Shown here: in pieces, positions 9,346 to 24,500 of the stretch
Numbering within the stretch: the stretch's first letter is position 1
Layout of the letters: every line of letters begins with the position of its first letter
Source of the DNA: Blepharisma stoltei ATCC 30299
Lineage: Eukaryota; Protista; Ciliophora
Length of the DNA: 64,000 bases
Reading direction: 5' to 3'
Assembly: GCA_965603825.1 (NCBI GenBank)
Contig: CBFDEM010000045.1
Coordinates: 1-64,000, forward strand
Position numbers and translations under genes: made by a program
The notes under the pieces: generated by a model
Told to the model about the DNA's origin: nothing
The model's input: the letters and a program-made list of their open reading frames with translations, nothing else
Database searches by the model: none

Positions 9346-12300
9346 TTATCTTGCTGAAATAAGCGAGCTACTTACGTCGACGTTTGACGAATTCTCAATG
9401 CAGCTATATTTTGCTGAGGCCTCTATGCCTGCCTCTAATGGTGATTTTACTGAAAGTTGAAATCTGAATAGCTTTGTTATATAGTCTCCTTTTATACTGC
9501 TTTCTAAAAATGATGGTAAATATTTTGCCTGATATATAATCCCTATAACCCAAATCGTAATCCATCCGATTCCAATCAGATATTGCGCCAATAGATTATT
9601 TATATTAGCAAAACCACAGCAAATTCAAAGCCAGATACAAGAAAATAAAAAAGCAATAAACCACAGTGATGCTCTTTGATAGTTATAGGACTGTGAAAAT
9701 AAGGAAACGAAAATAAAAATAGCTATGAAGTTTATACAGCTGACATGAAAAATCTCCTCTGAGGACTGATAAACAATCGTTTTAAGTGAGATCAGCAGAA
9801 TTTGAAAAATAGTCTTATAAAATGCATGAATAGGCTGCTGCCAAAAGTGAAAAGTTGAGTAGACTGTCTCATCATCTCATATAAGCCTATAGTATAGAAA
9901 ACATGGCAAATAAACAAAGAGGGCAACTGACGAAATTGCTACATAGTATACATGCTTATCTTGCCAACAAAATACATAGCAGTCCTGACTGTGAAAGCTC
10001 TCTTTAAAGCTGTCTTCAGTGCTATCTGTACACTGAAATGTCAGGAATAAAAATAGAGTGATGGGAGTAAATAAAAATTCTCCTATAATAGGAAATAAGC
10101 ACTTTCAGATTTCACTTGATATTGTTGCTGATATAATTTTGGAATCACTGCCTACGCTAAATATCCTTTGCAAGCTCAAAAAGAATCAAACAAATGATAA
10201 AGCAGCTGCCATTTCAATTTCTTCCCAAATATTCCAATCTCAGTCTCTAAAATCAAGAATTGCTAGCTTGGCTAACTGTGAAACCTGAGGCAAAATTTCA
10301 GAGAAACCAGGGCCTAAAGCCATATATTGCAGAGATTCTACTGCAATGAGGGTATCGGATAAAATGTCAAGCCAGTTCTCTTTTTCTTTAGCTTCAAGCA
10401 TTGGGAATTGCTTTGATAAGATCGACTCATAATTTTTATATAAATAATATATGGTAATGCCAAAAGGAATGATAGCTATAAATAGCATTATTAAATAACC
10501 ATATATAAAAGATTGGGTTTCACTTGCTTTAAAGGGGCAAGATCAGCCAGTTCTAATCATGTCACTTGGGATCTTGCCATCTACTAGCCATGATAAGCTT
10601 TCTAAAGTTTGATAAAGAACTGGTAAGCTTGGAGTATAGATCCCACATAATACCGTTTCTCACTTATTTTCCTTTTGAATTAAATTATAAACCCCAACTG
10701 CGATAGTTGAAGCGTCATTTCCATAAGAAGCAACCTTGATATTCCCTGAGCATCCAGTAAATTTGACTTTTCTGGCCCATTCTTCAATCGTTTGTGTATT
10801 CAAACTGATTCCATTTGTTATCATTTGATCAAAAGTATAAGCTCCTAAATAGACTGCATCATAGAATAAGCACATATAATCATCTGCATAGCCATGAGCA
10901 GCCATAAATTTCTCTCTTATTTTTTTTCCAAATTCTTTGTAATATGACAAAAATGTAACATGGACCAAACCTTCCATGATTTCGCTGCGCTTTTGGTATA
11001 AATCTTTGTTTATAAATTTTGGGTCTAGCTCTGAGCTGTTTAGCGAAATGTCTCCAATAATGAGGTAGATGTCTCCTTTTCTCATACCTAAGTCATAAAA
11101 GTTCTCAATGACAGAGTAGAGTTCTGGCTCTGCCACTTCGAGAACCACAAATCTGGTTTGCAATTGGACGATTTCTTTGACTATTTCTAAGCCAGTTCCA
11201 TCATATCCAATAGGGATAATTTGCTTGTGATTCAGGATTTCAATATTATAGTATTTTGCATGCATGATAAACTGTTTTTTGAAGTCTATAGTCCATGAGC
11301 TATTTGAATGCAAGAACGAGCATTTAGAAATCCCAAGAAAGCTGAGAAATAAAGCAACTGTGGCACCATTGTATATGCTAGGATACGTGAGCCTGAAATA
11401 TTGAGGGTAGTAGACAATATCACTTAGGGCGGAAGAGGATTGAACTCCTAAAATTGGAGTCGAAATATTTAGGTCTTTGAATACTCAGAATGTCCCTTGG
11501 GCCATTTCTGAAGTAGCTGGGGCAATGTGAAAATAGCCTATATCATAAGAATGTGCTTTAAAACAATTATAGGCGTAATCATAATCAAAGAAAGAAGCCC
11601 CACAGTCTGAAATATTAAATGCTGATATCTCAAAATTACTCAAAATATTTGACTCCGTGTTAATTTCATTTACTGCGAAAACAGATCCAAACTGCGATAA
11701 AGCATTTTCAAAATATAAAGAACCATCAGGATTAGAAATCCCTCCCTCAAAACTCATTGGGAGCTTTATTCTAGAATTGTCAGGGATTGCTGATGAATCC
11801 CCAGGGAAAGTGACATCAGCTCAAATATCAATTTTATTATCAATCACTGATCCAACAAGATTTGTTTGATTATTTTTAATATTGAACACTCACAGCATAG
11901 TTGTCCAAATAATGTTTCTTTTTTCATAATTATTAAAGGTGTATCCTGAATATACCCCTTGAGTCCTATCAATATTTGCCATCATTAGAAAAAACGAGGT
12001 AGCTATACTCACAAGACGGCCTGCATGATCTTCCATGCTATGAGCGATGTAATTATTAAGCTCACTAATTAGAATTGATCCATCCAAATAAGCAGTTCAA
12101 GCGCTTTGATGGAGAAAAATGAAGGCATAACCTTTTGTATGCATATCAGCCTCAACAATGGCTCTCTGTATTAGGAGAGTAGTCTCACAGTTAGTTGCGA
12201 TGATAATAACTCTAACTCCTAAAGGCTTAACTTGTTTAGATATAATAAGATATATTGTTTCGTAAGGGGTGGAATTAGGAATCGTAGTTTGAAAAGCAAT

Positions 12301-12792
12301 ATCGACATCTGCATTGCTTTGAAAATCATATGATATTAATTCAGGGCTGTAAATAGCAGTTGCTCTTTTTCAGTCAAAGTATTTAATTAAAGATACTATA
12401 GAGTCTCTAAATTGTGAAAATGAGTACGCAGAAAAATATATATTGTCTCTAAGACTCTTCGGATCATAGCCATATACAAGCTGGATAAATCCTCCGATAA
12501 TAGCATATCTGTTTAATTGTGCAGTGATGCTTAATGAAAAAGTGCAATCGTAGAGAAGTTCAAAGTCTATAGATGATCCAAGATTTTCAATATCTTGTGC
12601 CTGCTCTATTTCAATGGGAATATAAAAAATATCATAATTGGAATTGCATTTGGGAAAATTAAGGTTTGGGCAATTATAAGAGGATAGAATGAATTCTTTA
12701 AACTTGCTTGGGGTGAATCGGCTGTAAAGAATAGGAACATTGATAAATTGGCTTGAAGCAAGTGCAAGCCACAGAATAAGTGAATTTATCAT
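9346..12792 (-). CDS. Tandem Venus-flytrap (ANF-receptor-like) multi-pass membrane receptor, copy 1, 1148 aa
   Basis: All minus-strand track fragments between 9346 and 12792 share one frame and are broken only by TGA. Signal peptide MINSLILWLALASSQ; VFT motifs 'AVNEINTESNILSNFEI', 'LSDIVYYPQYFRL', 'FYDAVY', 'VKFTGCSGNI'; TM region; TAA stop. Confidence 0.85.
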
Positions 12793-12948
12793 GAGAAATT
12801 ATAACTCCATTCAAAGACTTTTTTTTATAGTTAACTCACAAATGACTGTTTATAAAAATTTAGAGGAAATAATTTGAAAAAATAAAATAGAAAAAGTTGC
12901 ATATAAAACTTAAGATGGCTCAAAAATAATTATAAGACAAAATAACTA

Positions 12949-15900
12949 CTATACACAAGATTGATCACTGCTTTTCATATCTTCTTTTTGTATTGGTTCT
13001 ACGTATTGATATTTAACTGATTTATCGATTCCAGCTTCAGAAGGTGTTCTCCTAGACAATTGGAATCTGAACAACCTGAGGATGTCTTGGCCTTTCGGGC
13101 GAATTAAAAGTGAAGGTAAATATTTTTTCTGAAACCATATTCCAGCTGCTAAAGAGAAAACTCATCCAACCCCTAAAAGACATTCCGCAAGAATTAAATT
13201 CAGCTGAGAGATTTCACGGCAAGTTCAAAATCAGAGGCAATCAGTCAAGCAAATAGAGTATCACATTGATGCTCGATGATAATTATAGGGCCGCTTTATA
13301 AACCATGAAGCAAGCGTAAATAATAAGATTATGGTAAAGCAACATGCATTATAGCTTATTTGAGACGCAGGAAATAGAATGACCCTTAATACAATCAAGA
13401 GAATCTGCCAAAAACTCTTCATGACTGAGTGAAATGGCTGCTCTCTGATATGAAACACTAGATCTTCAGTTTCATCTTGCCACATAGGCCGAGAGTATAA
13501 ACTAGCTGGTAAATAGGATAGAAGAACTATGGAAGAGATGATCACGTATTTCATATGCATCCCTTGCCAGCAAAATACAGTGCAGTCTTGATCATGATAG
13601 CTGTCCTTGAACTCATTCCCAATACTATTCGTGCACTGGAAAGTAATAAGCAAAAAATTGACGATTGGTATAAACAAAAGGTCTCCAATAATCGGCAAAC
13701 AATATTTTCCAAGCTCGTCCATTGCAGTAAGTAATGAAATCTTTCACTTCTCTCCAATATGAAAAACTCTCTGAATAAGTAAAATGATTCAAAAGGCTGC
13801 GATGATATCAATTAGCTTTATTTGATCTCATATAGATCAATCACTATCCTTGGTCGGGCCCATGATATCAAGCATGGCAAACTTAGTGAATTTAGAAAAC
13901 TCAGACATAAATCCAGTGAAATCTGGCCCTATTGCCATATACTGCAGGCTTTCTATTATCATTTCAATATAAATTCATATGTCAATAAGAGTCTCTTCTT
14001 GAGCTTTTTCAAGCATAGGGAATTTTCTTGTAAATATGGAACCAGAATACTTTACTGCCAAAAAGACTCCCATTAGTAGAGGAATTGCTCCGATCCCTGT
14101 CAATAGCAAATATCCATATAAAAATGACTTGCTTTGATTCGATCTAAATGGACACTCGTGATCTTCCCCAATAATAGCATTAGGCAGAACTCCTTCATTT
14201 TCGTAGAACCATGAAATAGAATGAACTTGCTCATAAAATTTCGCACCATCAGGATTGTAGATCCCACATAGTCTCATTGTTCATGTAGAATTTACTTGCA
14301 CTAGGTTGTAAATACCAAATCTTATTGTTGATCTGTCATTTCCATACTTATTGATCTGAATTTTCCCGGTACATCCTGTAAATTTTATTCATCGTATTGC
14401 CTTTGCAATTGTAGTGCTGTTTAAATTGATTCCTTGCGAAATTAAGGAACCCAAAGCACGAGCTCCTAAATAAGTTGCATCGTAATATAAGCACATTATA
14501 TCAGGCGCAAGCCCATAGGTGCTCATGAAATCTTTTTTAAGCTTTTCTCCAATAGAGCCGTAATAAGTTAGGACCCCAAAATACAGCAGCCCATCCATCA
14601 ATTCTTTACGCTTTTTATATGCCTCATGTCCAATCTCAGCTTTGTTCAGATTGGCAACGTCAATTACTAAATCTCCAATAAATAAATATAAGTCTCCTTT
14701 TCTAACTCCTGCATCATAGAAAGTTTCAATCACACTAAGCACATCAGGGGAAGTGACTTCCATTACAAGGTATCTTGACTTCAAATATATGATTTCTTCA
14801 ATAAATGATGTATCAGTCCCATTATATCCACTAGGAACTAGTCTATTTTCGTTTAATATTTCAATGCGGTATTGCGCACACTGCTTTTCGAACTGTGTTT
14901 TAAAATCAGTACCTCAAGTAGAGTTTGTGCATAAAAGAGAGACTTTTTTAATTCCGAATGAGTTGAGTATTATAGCAGCAATTAGTCCAGTGATTATATT
15001 TGAATATGAAACTCGAGCATACTGAGGATAATAAGCAGAATCACTTAAGGATGCTGTTGTCTGAATTCCTAAAACAGGGATTGATAAGTTAAAACTGCGG
15101 AAAATTTGGATTGTGCCTTGAGCTATTACAGTCTCTAAGCCAGATAAATGAAAATAGCCAATATCTTTTAAGTGTGCTTTGAGACAGTCATAGCAATAGT
15201 CATATTCGAAGATAGATGCACCACAATCTGATATATTAAAAATTGAGAGCTCAAAGTTAGCCAATATATCAGACTTATCATTGATATCATATGCAGCATA
15301 CATAGCTCCAGTTAATGCTAATGCATTTTCTACATAATACGTTCCATCTGGATTTGATGCTCCTCCATAAGCACTAATAGAAATATTTATTTTTTCATTA
15401 TCAGGAGCAGTGATTGAATTTCCTGGAAAAATAAAAGGCGAGCTAACTTCTATGATATTTCCGTTAATAGACCCGCAAAGAACATTACTATGTTTTTGGA
15501 TATTATACAGATATGATGTAGAGTTTATTTCGGCAGCAGTCTTCATGTAATCATTGAGTATATAAGATGAAAAAGATCCATGAATTTGGCTGCTACTCAT
15601 GAAAAATACCAAATAAAGTGAAAATGAGTCTACGAGATACTCGAGATAATCTTCTTCACTTTTAGGGATGTATTCATCATCTGCAATCAAAATTGATCCT
15701 TCTAAATATGCTGCTCATACACTATGGTGGAGAAAAATAAATGCGTAATCTGCTTTATTCATGTCTGTTTCAACAATTGCTTTTTGAATCAGCACTGCTG
15801 TTTCTTGATTTGTAGCGATGACGATGACCTTGGTCCCAAGAGGCTTGATTTGATGTGCGAAAATAAGACGAATCGCCTCATAAGAAATTAATGATGGGAC

Positions 15901-16407
15901 AATCGATTGTAAGGCAATCTCAATTTCATCATTTACCCGAAAATCCATACTTTGGAATTCCTGACCTAAAATGACCACCACTTTCTGTCATCCATGCGAG
16001 TCAATAAATGATAAAGCTGTGTCTCTTAAAGAAATGTAAGAAGACTCAGAATAATAAACAAAATCATGGGTGGTGTTTGGGCTGTAGCCATACACGAGAT
16101 TAACAAATTCATATGACCTCGCATAATCGCTAATAATAGACGTCACGCTAAGTGAAAAAGTGCCATCAAAAGAGAAAGAAAAGTCAAGCTCTGATATCAA
16201 GATTTCAATGTCAAGAGGGCTATTAACTTCATATAAAACATAATATACGCCTGAATTTTTGCATTTCATAGAGTTGATTTTGGGGCAATTATAGCTTCTT
16301 GAGAATGATTCTACTACTGAGTTTGGAGTGAATTTACTGTACAGTATAGGAATAGTAATATATTGGCTTGCCACAAAATAGAATAAGGCAGAAATGAGAA
16401 ATTTCAT
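12949..16407 (-). CDS. Tandem Venus-flytrap multi-pass membrane receptor, copy 2, 1152 aa
   Basis: One frame from ATG 16407 to TAG 12951-12949 (followed by a second TAG), with at least 14 in-frame TGA at Trp-compatible positions. Collinear with copies 3 and 4. Confidence 0.88.
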
Positions 16408-16454
16408 GCAAAATTTATTTTTAAGACAATAAAAAAATTTAAATGCTATTTTAA

Positions 16455-16740
16455 GTTAAAGCTAATTTCCACATTAGCATCTTCAGTGCCAAAAATTTGA
16501 AGAAGTTATTTCAATCTCCACAGGGACTTGCATGGCTATATTTTTTGAATACTTCCAGAATGCTTCGGTCATTGATACTAGTAGAGATAGATATAATAGT
16601 ATTGATATATAACTCGAACAGAGACAAAAACTGGTCAGCGAAGTTTAATTTCTCAAATTTTGGCTATAATGCAGCATGCTTGCAACTCTAAACTGACAGA
16701 AAAGCATACTGAATAGCACTTAGATATCGGTGGTAATTAA
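16455..16740 (-). pseudogene. Decayed 3' remnant of a receptor paralogue (copy-5-like C-terminus)
   Basis: Collinear similarity to 27010-27330: 'taatttccacattagcatcttcagtgcc' vs 'taatttctatatcaacatcttcaatgcc'; 'tgatatataactcgaacagaga' vs 'tgatatataagaccaatagaga'; 'tcggtggtaatt' vs 'tcggtgataatt'. The frame is disrupted. Confidence 0.65.
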
Positions 16741-17102
16741 AATTCAGCCTAAACTGTAATAAAACGCTTAAAAAATTATACGAGCAAAAATTTTACATTA
16801 CTAAATTAATAGCATTAAATTTGAATTTCAGAGATTTGAGAAATTATTATAAAACTTAATCAGCTTTATTAAATGGCTCAAGATGAATTCACTGAGCAGA
16901 GCAGGAATGCTGATAAATATTATGATGCATTGCCAACGCAAATTCAGAATATTTTCATTGAAAATATATAATTCCATTTCTATAAGTAAATGTGCAAAAA
17001 AAAGGATTATTTTTTATATTTTCTGTGAAATGCATAGCTTATAAAAGAAGAAAATTCTATAGGAAATATAAACAAAATTATAAAAATAATAGAATAGGGC
17101 AA

Positions 17103-20100
17103 CTACTCTAAATAAGAATAATCGCTGCTTTTCAGATCTTCTTTTTGAACTCCTTCTACATATTTGTATTTTACTGAATTATCAATTCCAGCTTGAGATG
17201 GAGTTCTCCGGGATAATTGAAATTTAAACAATTTGTGAATATCTTGGCCTTTTGGGCGAACTAAAAGTGATGGGAGATATTTCTTCTGGAGACAAATTCC
17301 AGCTACCACAGAGAATACTCAGCCAAACGCTAAAAGACACTGAGCAGCAGTTATATCTAGCTGAGAAAAGATTTGGCATATTCAAAGTCAGAGGCAGTCT
17401 GTCAAGCAAATCAAGTATCACATTGATGCACGATGATAATTATAAGGCTTTTTAATAAATCATAAGCCTGCAAATAAGGATATTATTACAAAACAGCATA
17501 TGTTGTAGCTTATTTCTGATGCCGGCAATAAAATAATATGCAATTCAATCAAGAGAATCTGTCAAAAACTCTTTATAACTGAGTGAAATGGCTGCTCTCT
17601 AATATGAAATACTAAATCTTCAGTTTCATCTTTTCACATAGGGCGAAAGTATAAGCTAGCTGGCAAATATAATAATAGAATGATAGAAGAACTGACCGCA
17701 TATTTAAGATGCGTCTCTCGCCAACAAAAAACATTGCAGTCTTGATTATGATAGCTGTCCTTAAGCTCATCCCCAATGCTGTTTGTGCACTGGAAAGTCA
17801 TAAGCAAAAAATTAACAAAAGGTATAAATAAAAGGTCTCCAATGGTAGGCAGGCAGTATTTTTCTAGCTCATCTATTGCAGAAATTGATAAAATCTTACA
17901 CTTCTCTCGAATATTGAAAATTCTTTGGATTAGTAAAATTACCCATATCGCGGCTATTATATATATAAGCAATATCTGATCTCAAAAATCTTTTGTTGAG
18001 CCTCTGATATCAAAAATAGAAAACTTAATAAATTCGGAGAAATCAGGCAACAGCCCAGTAAAATCTGGTCCGATTGCTATATACTGTAAGCCTTCTATTA
18101 TCATCGAGATATAAATTCATGTATCGAGAAGGGTTTCTTCTTGTTCTGAGTCAAGCATAGGAAAATCTCTCATAAATATAAAATTAAAATACTTTATTGC
18201 TAAAAAGGTTCCAAAAATTAGTGGAAATGTTCCAATTCCAGCCAACAGCAAATAGCCATATAGAAACGATTTGCTTTCTCTCTGCTTGAATGGACAGTTA
18301 AAATCTGCCCCAACAATATCACTTGGCAAAATTCCATTATTTTCATAGAACCATGAAAAAGAATAAATAATTTGATATATAGCAACATTATAAGGGTCAT
18401 AAATCCCACATAATCTCATTGTTCATGAAGAATTTACTTGGACTAAGTTATAAATGCCAAATACTATGGAGGATCTATCATTTCCATATTTATCGATTTG
18501 GACCTTCCCGGAACACCCTGTGAACTTGATATTTCTTATTGTTTTTGAAATCATTGAACTATTTAGATTAATTCCTAATGAAATTAAGGTATCCAAAGCA
18601 TTAGCTCCTAAATAAGTCGCGTCATAATATAAGCACATTATGTCTGAAGCAGCTCCATAGGTTTGAAATAGCTTGGTCTTCAGTCTTTCTCCAACAGAGC
18701 CATAATAGGTAAGGACTTCGAAATATAACAGTCCATTCATTAGTTCTTTTCGCTTTATATATACCTCTGTTCCAATTTCAGTCTCATTTAGATGTGAAAA
18801 ATCAATTACTAAATCTGCAAGATATAAATATAGATCTCCTTTTCTAACTCCTACATCATAAAAAGCTTCAATTACACTGAGATAGTCAGGAGAGATAACT
18901 TCCATCACAAGATACCTTGACTTCACGTCTATGATTTCTTGGATAAATGATTTATCAATTCCGTTGTAGCCAAGAGGAACCAGCCTTTTTAGGTTTAGAA
19001 TTTTCATGTTGAATTGTTTGCTCTGGCTTTCGAACTGCTCTTTGAAATCTGTGCCTCATGTAGCATTTGTGCATAAAAGTGAGACTTTTGTAATGCCTAA
19101 GGAGTATAGCATCCAAGCAATATATGACCCAGAAACTGTATTAGGATAGGAAACTCGTGCGTACTGAGGGTAATAGGTTAGATTACTCATAGAAGCTGCT
19201 GTTTGGATACCTAAAACAGGGGTTGATAAATTTAAGCTTCGAAAAATTTCTATTGTACCTTGAGTTATTACAGTCTTCAAATCAGTCAGATGAAAATAGC
19301 CAATATTTTCTGACTGGGCTTTCAAACAGTCATAGCAATAGTCATACTCGAAGATAGATGCTCCACAATTTGAAATATTCAGGATCGAAAGCTCAAAATT
19401 CGATAGTATTTCATGTTTTTCATTAATATCATATACAGCATATATAGCTCCCGTTAATGATAATGCATTTTCTACATAATAAGTGCCATCTGGATTTGAC
19501 GCTCCTCCATAAGCACTAATAGGGATTTTTATTTTTGTATTATCTGGAGCAGTCATTGAATTTCCAGGAAAAATAAATGGCAAATTCACTTGCACGCTGT
19601 TTCCGTTCATATACCCACAAAGAACTTTTTTACTGTTTTTAATGTTGTACAGATAAGACTTAGAGTTTTTCTTTACAACATTATTCATATAATTATTGAT
19701 TGCACAGCCTGAAAAAGCTCCTTGAATTTTGTTAACATACATCAAAGATTTTATTAAAAGGGAAAAGCTATCTATAAGATATTCCAAATAGTTTTCTTCA
19801 CTGCTAGCGACATAATTATCGTCTGAGATTAATATTGATCCTTCTAAATATGCAGTCCAAACGCTATGGTTTATAAATATAAAAGCATAGTCAGCTTTAT
19901 TCATTTCCGCCTCAACAATTGCTCTTTGCACTAGAATTGTTGTGTTTTCATTTGTAGCAATAATAATGATTTTGACCCCAAGTGGTTTGATTTGTTTCGC
20001 AAAAATCAGGAGGATTGCGTCATAAGAAATTAAATTCGGGACTATGCATTGTAAGGATATGTATATTTCATTATTTACTTGAAAATCCATACCTTGGAAT

Positions 20101-20552
20101 TCCTGGCCTAAAAGAGCAACAGCTTTCTGTCATCCGCTGGACTTAATAAACGATAAGGCGGTGTCTCTGATAGAAATATAAGAAGGTTCAGAGTAGTGAA
20201 CAAAATTTTGGCTTTTTTCTGGATTGTAACCATACACAAGATGAACGAATTCATATGATTTCGCATAATCGCTAATAAGAGATGCCATACTTAGCGAAAA
20301 TGTACCATCAAAAGCAAAGGCAAAGTCTAAAGCCGCGATCAATGCTTCTATATCAGCATGACTATTTACTTCATATAAAACATAATATACACCTGATTCT
20401 GCAGTACATTTCTGAGAGCTGATTTCAAGGCAATTATAATTTTTTGAAAATGCGTTTCTTATTAGTTCTGGGGTAAATTTACTATACAGGATTGGAACAG
20501 TAGTGTATTGGCTTGCCACTAAACAAAATAAAACAGACATCAGATAAGTCAT
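17103..20552 (-). CDS. Tandem Venus-flytrap multi-pass membrane receptor, copy 3, 1149 aa
   Basis: One frame from ATG 20552 to TAG 17105-17103, interrupted only by TGA. Same motifs as copies 2 and 4. Confidence 0.88.
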
Positions 20553-21134
20553 ATAGCTATTAATTATTTAGCAGAAATAAAATAAACAATTAGGCAATTT
20601 TTTGATTAAAAATCTTATTTACTTGAAAAATTAGGATTAATTTTTATGTTAATATATTGAATGCAATCAAATTGTAAACAGCATGATTATTTTCTCTTAC
20701 ATTGAGTGCTTTCTCTAAATTAGAAACGAAAATATTGTGGCTTGCAAAAAATAAAGTTGCTATCTAAAGCCAATCGAGAGCAAAGCTGGCTAGACAGACC
20801 ATGCATTAATTTTGCTTTGAATTTTACTAACTTGGCTTTTGTTGATTGCTGTAATCGTAAATGACAATATAAAAAACTGGGCAGCATTCCTTAACAAATT
20901 ATGGATAATTTTTAGTGCTTGGAGCTTGTTTTAATTAGACTGGAAAGAAAACATATTAAAGCATAACTTGCATTTAAGAGAATTGAGATTTTAAAAATGA
21001 TAAACTGGCTTTGAGAATTAAATTTATAGAAAAGGAAGATAATATTCGCCTGAACAATTGCAAATAGCGCAAACTCAAATATTTTTTGTTAAAAATTTAA
21101 AATAAAGGACTAACCAGAACAGAATGCACATTTA

Positions 21135-21445
21135 TAATCGAGTAATAGCTACTATTCATAGCGGCGATCCTGCTTTTATATCTATGTTTTCATATTTACT
21201 GACTTACCAACTCCAGCTTGACAGATTGAGAGGGATTTCTTCTAGTTAATTGAAATCTGAATAGCTCGTGAATGTCTTGGCTTGTGGAAGACTAAAAGGG
21301 ACAAAAAAAATTGTTTAAAGCCCAAATTTAGCTGCTAGTGAAAATAATTATCCAAACCCTTAAGAAAGCCAGAATAATATCCAGTTTAGCAAAGATTTGA
21401 CAAATTCAAACCAGGGGTAGTCATTAGTTAAATTGAATACCATTG
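21135..21445 (-). pseudogene. Frameshifted 3' remnant of a receptor paralogue (copy-2/3/4-like C-terminus)
   Basis: The minus strand encodes 'QDIHELFRFQLTRRNPSQ' and 'QAGVGKSV', matching 'QDIHKLFKFQLSRRTPSQAGIDNSV' of copy 3, flanked by stops and indels. It lies just downstream of the copy 4 stop. Confidence 0.8.
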
Positions 21446-21524
21446 CGATTATTATATGATTTCTTCTAAATCTGCATAGAGATATATAATAAAAAAAATT
21501 AAAATTACAAAAATGATAAACAGA

Positions 21525-24500
21525 CTATTCTAAATAAGAGTGGTCGCTACTTTTCAGATCTTCTTTGTGAATTCCTTCCACATATTTATATTTCACCGAT
21601 TTATCGATACCAGCTTGTGAGGGAGTTCTTCGGGATAATTCAAATCTAAATAACTTACGAATGTCTTGGCCTTTTGGACGAACTAGAAGAGATGGCAGAT
21701 ATTTTTTCTGAAATCAAATTCCAACTGCCACGAAAAATACTCATCCACCTCCTAAAAGACACTGAGCAAGAATTATATTTAGCTGAGAAAAGAGATTGCA
21801 AATCCAAAGTCAGAGGCAATTAGTCAGGCAGATGGAATATCACATTGACGCTCGGTGATAATTATAAGGCTTTTTAATAAACGAGCCAAATACAAATAAG
21901 GATATTATGACAAAGCAGCATATGTTATAGCTTAATTCTGATTCAGGTAAAAGAACAATGCGCAAAACAATTAGAAGCAACTGCCAAAAACTCTTTATAA
22001 CTGAGTGAAATGGCTGTTCTCTGAAATGAAACACGAGATCTTCAGTTTCGTCTTGCCACATAGGACGAAAGTACAAGCTAGTTGGCAAATATAGCAATAA
22101 AATGATAGAAGAAACGATCACATATTCTAGATGATTCCCTTGTCAGCAGAAAACAGAACAGTCTTGGTCATGATAGCTGTCCTTAAACTCATCCCCAATG
22201 CTGTGAGTACATTGAAAAGTCATAAGCAGAAAATTCACAATTGGTATAAATAAAAGGTCTCCAATAATTGGCAAACAATATTTTCCTAGCTCATCCATTG
22301 CTGTAAGCAATAAAATCTTGCACTTCTCTTCAACATGTAAAAGTCTTTGGACAAGTAAAATAATTCAAAAAACAGCTATAATATCCATAAGCTCGATCTG
22401 ATCCCAAATATTTCAATGGCTTTCTTTTGTTGAGCCTCTGATATCAAGCATCGAAAACTTAGTTAAATTAGAAAGTTCAAGTAAGAACCCATTGAAGTCT
22501 GGCCCGATCGCTATATATTGCACACCTTCTATTATCATAGCAATATAAATTCATGTATCGATAAGTGTTTCTTCTTGCACTGAGTCAAGCATAGGAAATT
22601 CTCTGGTAAATATATAATTAAAATACTTTATTCCCAAAAAGGCTCCTAAAAGAAGTGGAAGTGTCCCAATTCCAGCCAACAGCAAATAGCCATCCAGAAA
22701 TGGCTTGCTTTCGCTCGGCTTGAACGGGCATTCAAGATCTGCTCCAACAATATCGCTTGGTAGGACTCCTTTATTTTCATCGAACCACGACATAGAGTGA
22801 ACAGTTTGATAAAAATTCACAGCATCCGGGTCATAAATGCCACACAGCCTCATTGTTCATGTAGAATTTATTTGAACTAAATTATAGATGCCAAATACTA
22901 CGGTTGATCTGTCATTTGCATTTTTATCGATCTGGATTTTCCCAGTGCACCCTGTGAACTTGATATTTCTTATTGCTTTAGAAATCATTGTGCTGTTAAG
23001 ATTGATTCCTAATGAAATTAAAGTATCCAACCCATGAGCTCCTAGATAAGCAGCATCATAATATAAGCACATTATATCAGGAGCCATCCCATAGGTGCTC
23101 AGTAACTCAGTTTTCAGTCTTTCTCCAACGGAGCCATAATAAGTTAGGCTTCCAAAATATAACAGTCCATCCATTAGTTCTTTTCGCTTTAAAAATGCCT
23201 TATGTCCAACCTCAGTCTCATTTAGGTATCCAACATCAATAACTAAGTCTGCAAGAAATAAATACAGATCTCCTTTTCTGACTCCTGCGTCGTAAAAAGC
23301 TTCAATCACATACAGATCGTCAGGAGCGGTGACTTCCATTACGAGATACCTTGACTTCACGTCTATGATTTCTTGGATAAATGATTTATCAGTTCCGTTG
23401 TATCCATAAGGAACTAGCCTTTTTTCGTTTAAAATTTCAATGTTATATTGCTTACTCTGGCTTTCGAACTGCTCTTTGAAATCTGTGCCTCACGTAGCAT
23501 TTGTGCATAAAAGCGAAACTTTTCTAATACCAAAAGAGTATAAAATGATGGCGATAATTGACCCAGAAATTGTGTTAGGATAGGAAACTCGTGCGTATTG
23601 GGGATAATAGATTTGATTGCTCATAGAAGCTGTTGTCTGGATTCCTATTACAGGAGTTGATAAGTTTAAGCTGCGAAAAATTTCTATTGTACCTTGCGTT
23701 ATTATGGTTTGCAAGCCGGTTAGATGAAAATAGCCAATATTTTCTAAGTGTGATTGCAAACAGTCATAACAGTATTTATACTCGAAGATTGATGCCCCAC
23801 AATCTGAAATATTAAAAATTGAGAGCTCAAAATTGGATAATATTTCTGATTTACTGTTAATGTCATATACAGCATGCATAGCTCCAGTTAAAGCTAATGC
23901 ATTTTCAGTATAGTAAGTGCCATCTGGATTTGACACTCCTCCATATGCACTAATAGAAATTGTTATTTTTGTGTTATCCGGAGCAGCTATGGAGCCTCCA
24001 GGGAAAATAAAAGGTGAGTCCACTTGCACCTCATTACCATTCATATACCCACAAATAACTTTTTGGCTGTTTTGAATGTTATACAAATAGGACTTGGAGT
24101 ATCCTTCAATAACGGTTTTCATATAATTATTGACTGTGTAGGCTGAATAAGCTCCTTGAATTTCACTAGCTTCCATCAAATATCTTATAAAATTAGAAAA
24201 GTTGTCAATAAGATACTCCAGATAATCTTCTTCACTGCTAGCGACATAATCATCGTCTGAGATTAATATTGATCCTTCTAGATATGCAGCCCAGATACTA
24301 TGATTTATGAAGATAAATGCATAGTCTGCTTTATTCATGTCTGCCTCAATAATTGCTTTTTGCACTAAAACTGTCGTGTCCTCGCTTGCGGCAATAATGA
24401 TAATCCTTACCCCAAGCGGCTTGATTTGCTTCGCCAAAATAAGGAGAATTGCATCGTAAGAAATTAATGTTGGGACTATGACTTGGAAAGCTATATCAAT

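Noticed and set aside
16497-16691. 64-aa plus-strand ORF
   Set aside because: It lies antisense over the decayed receptor remnant and has a TTG start.
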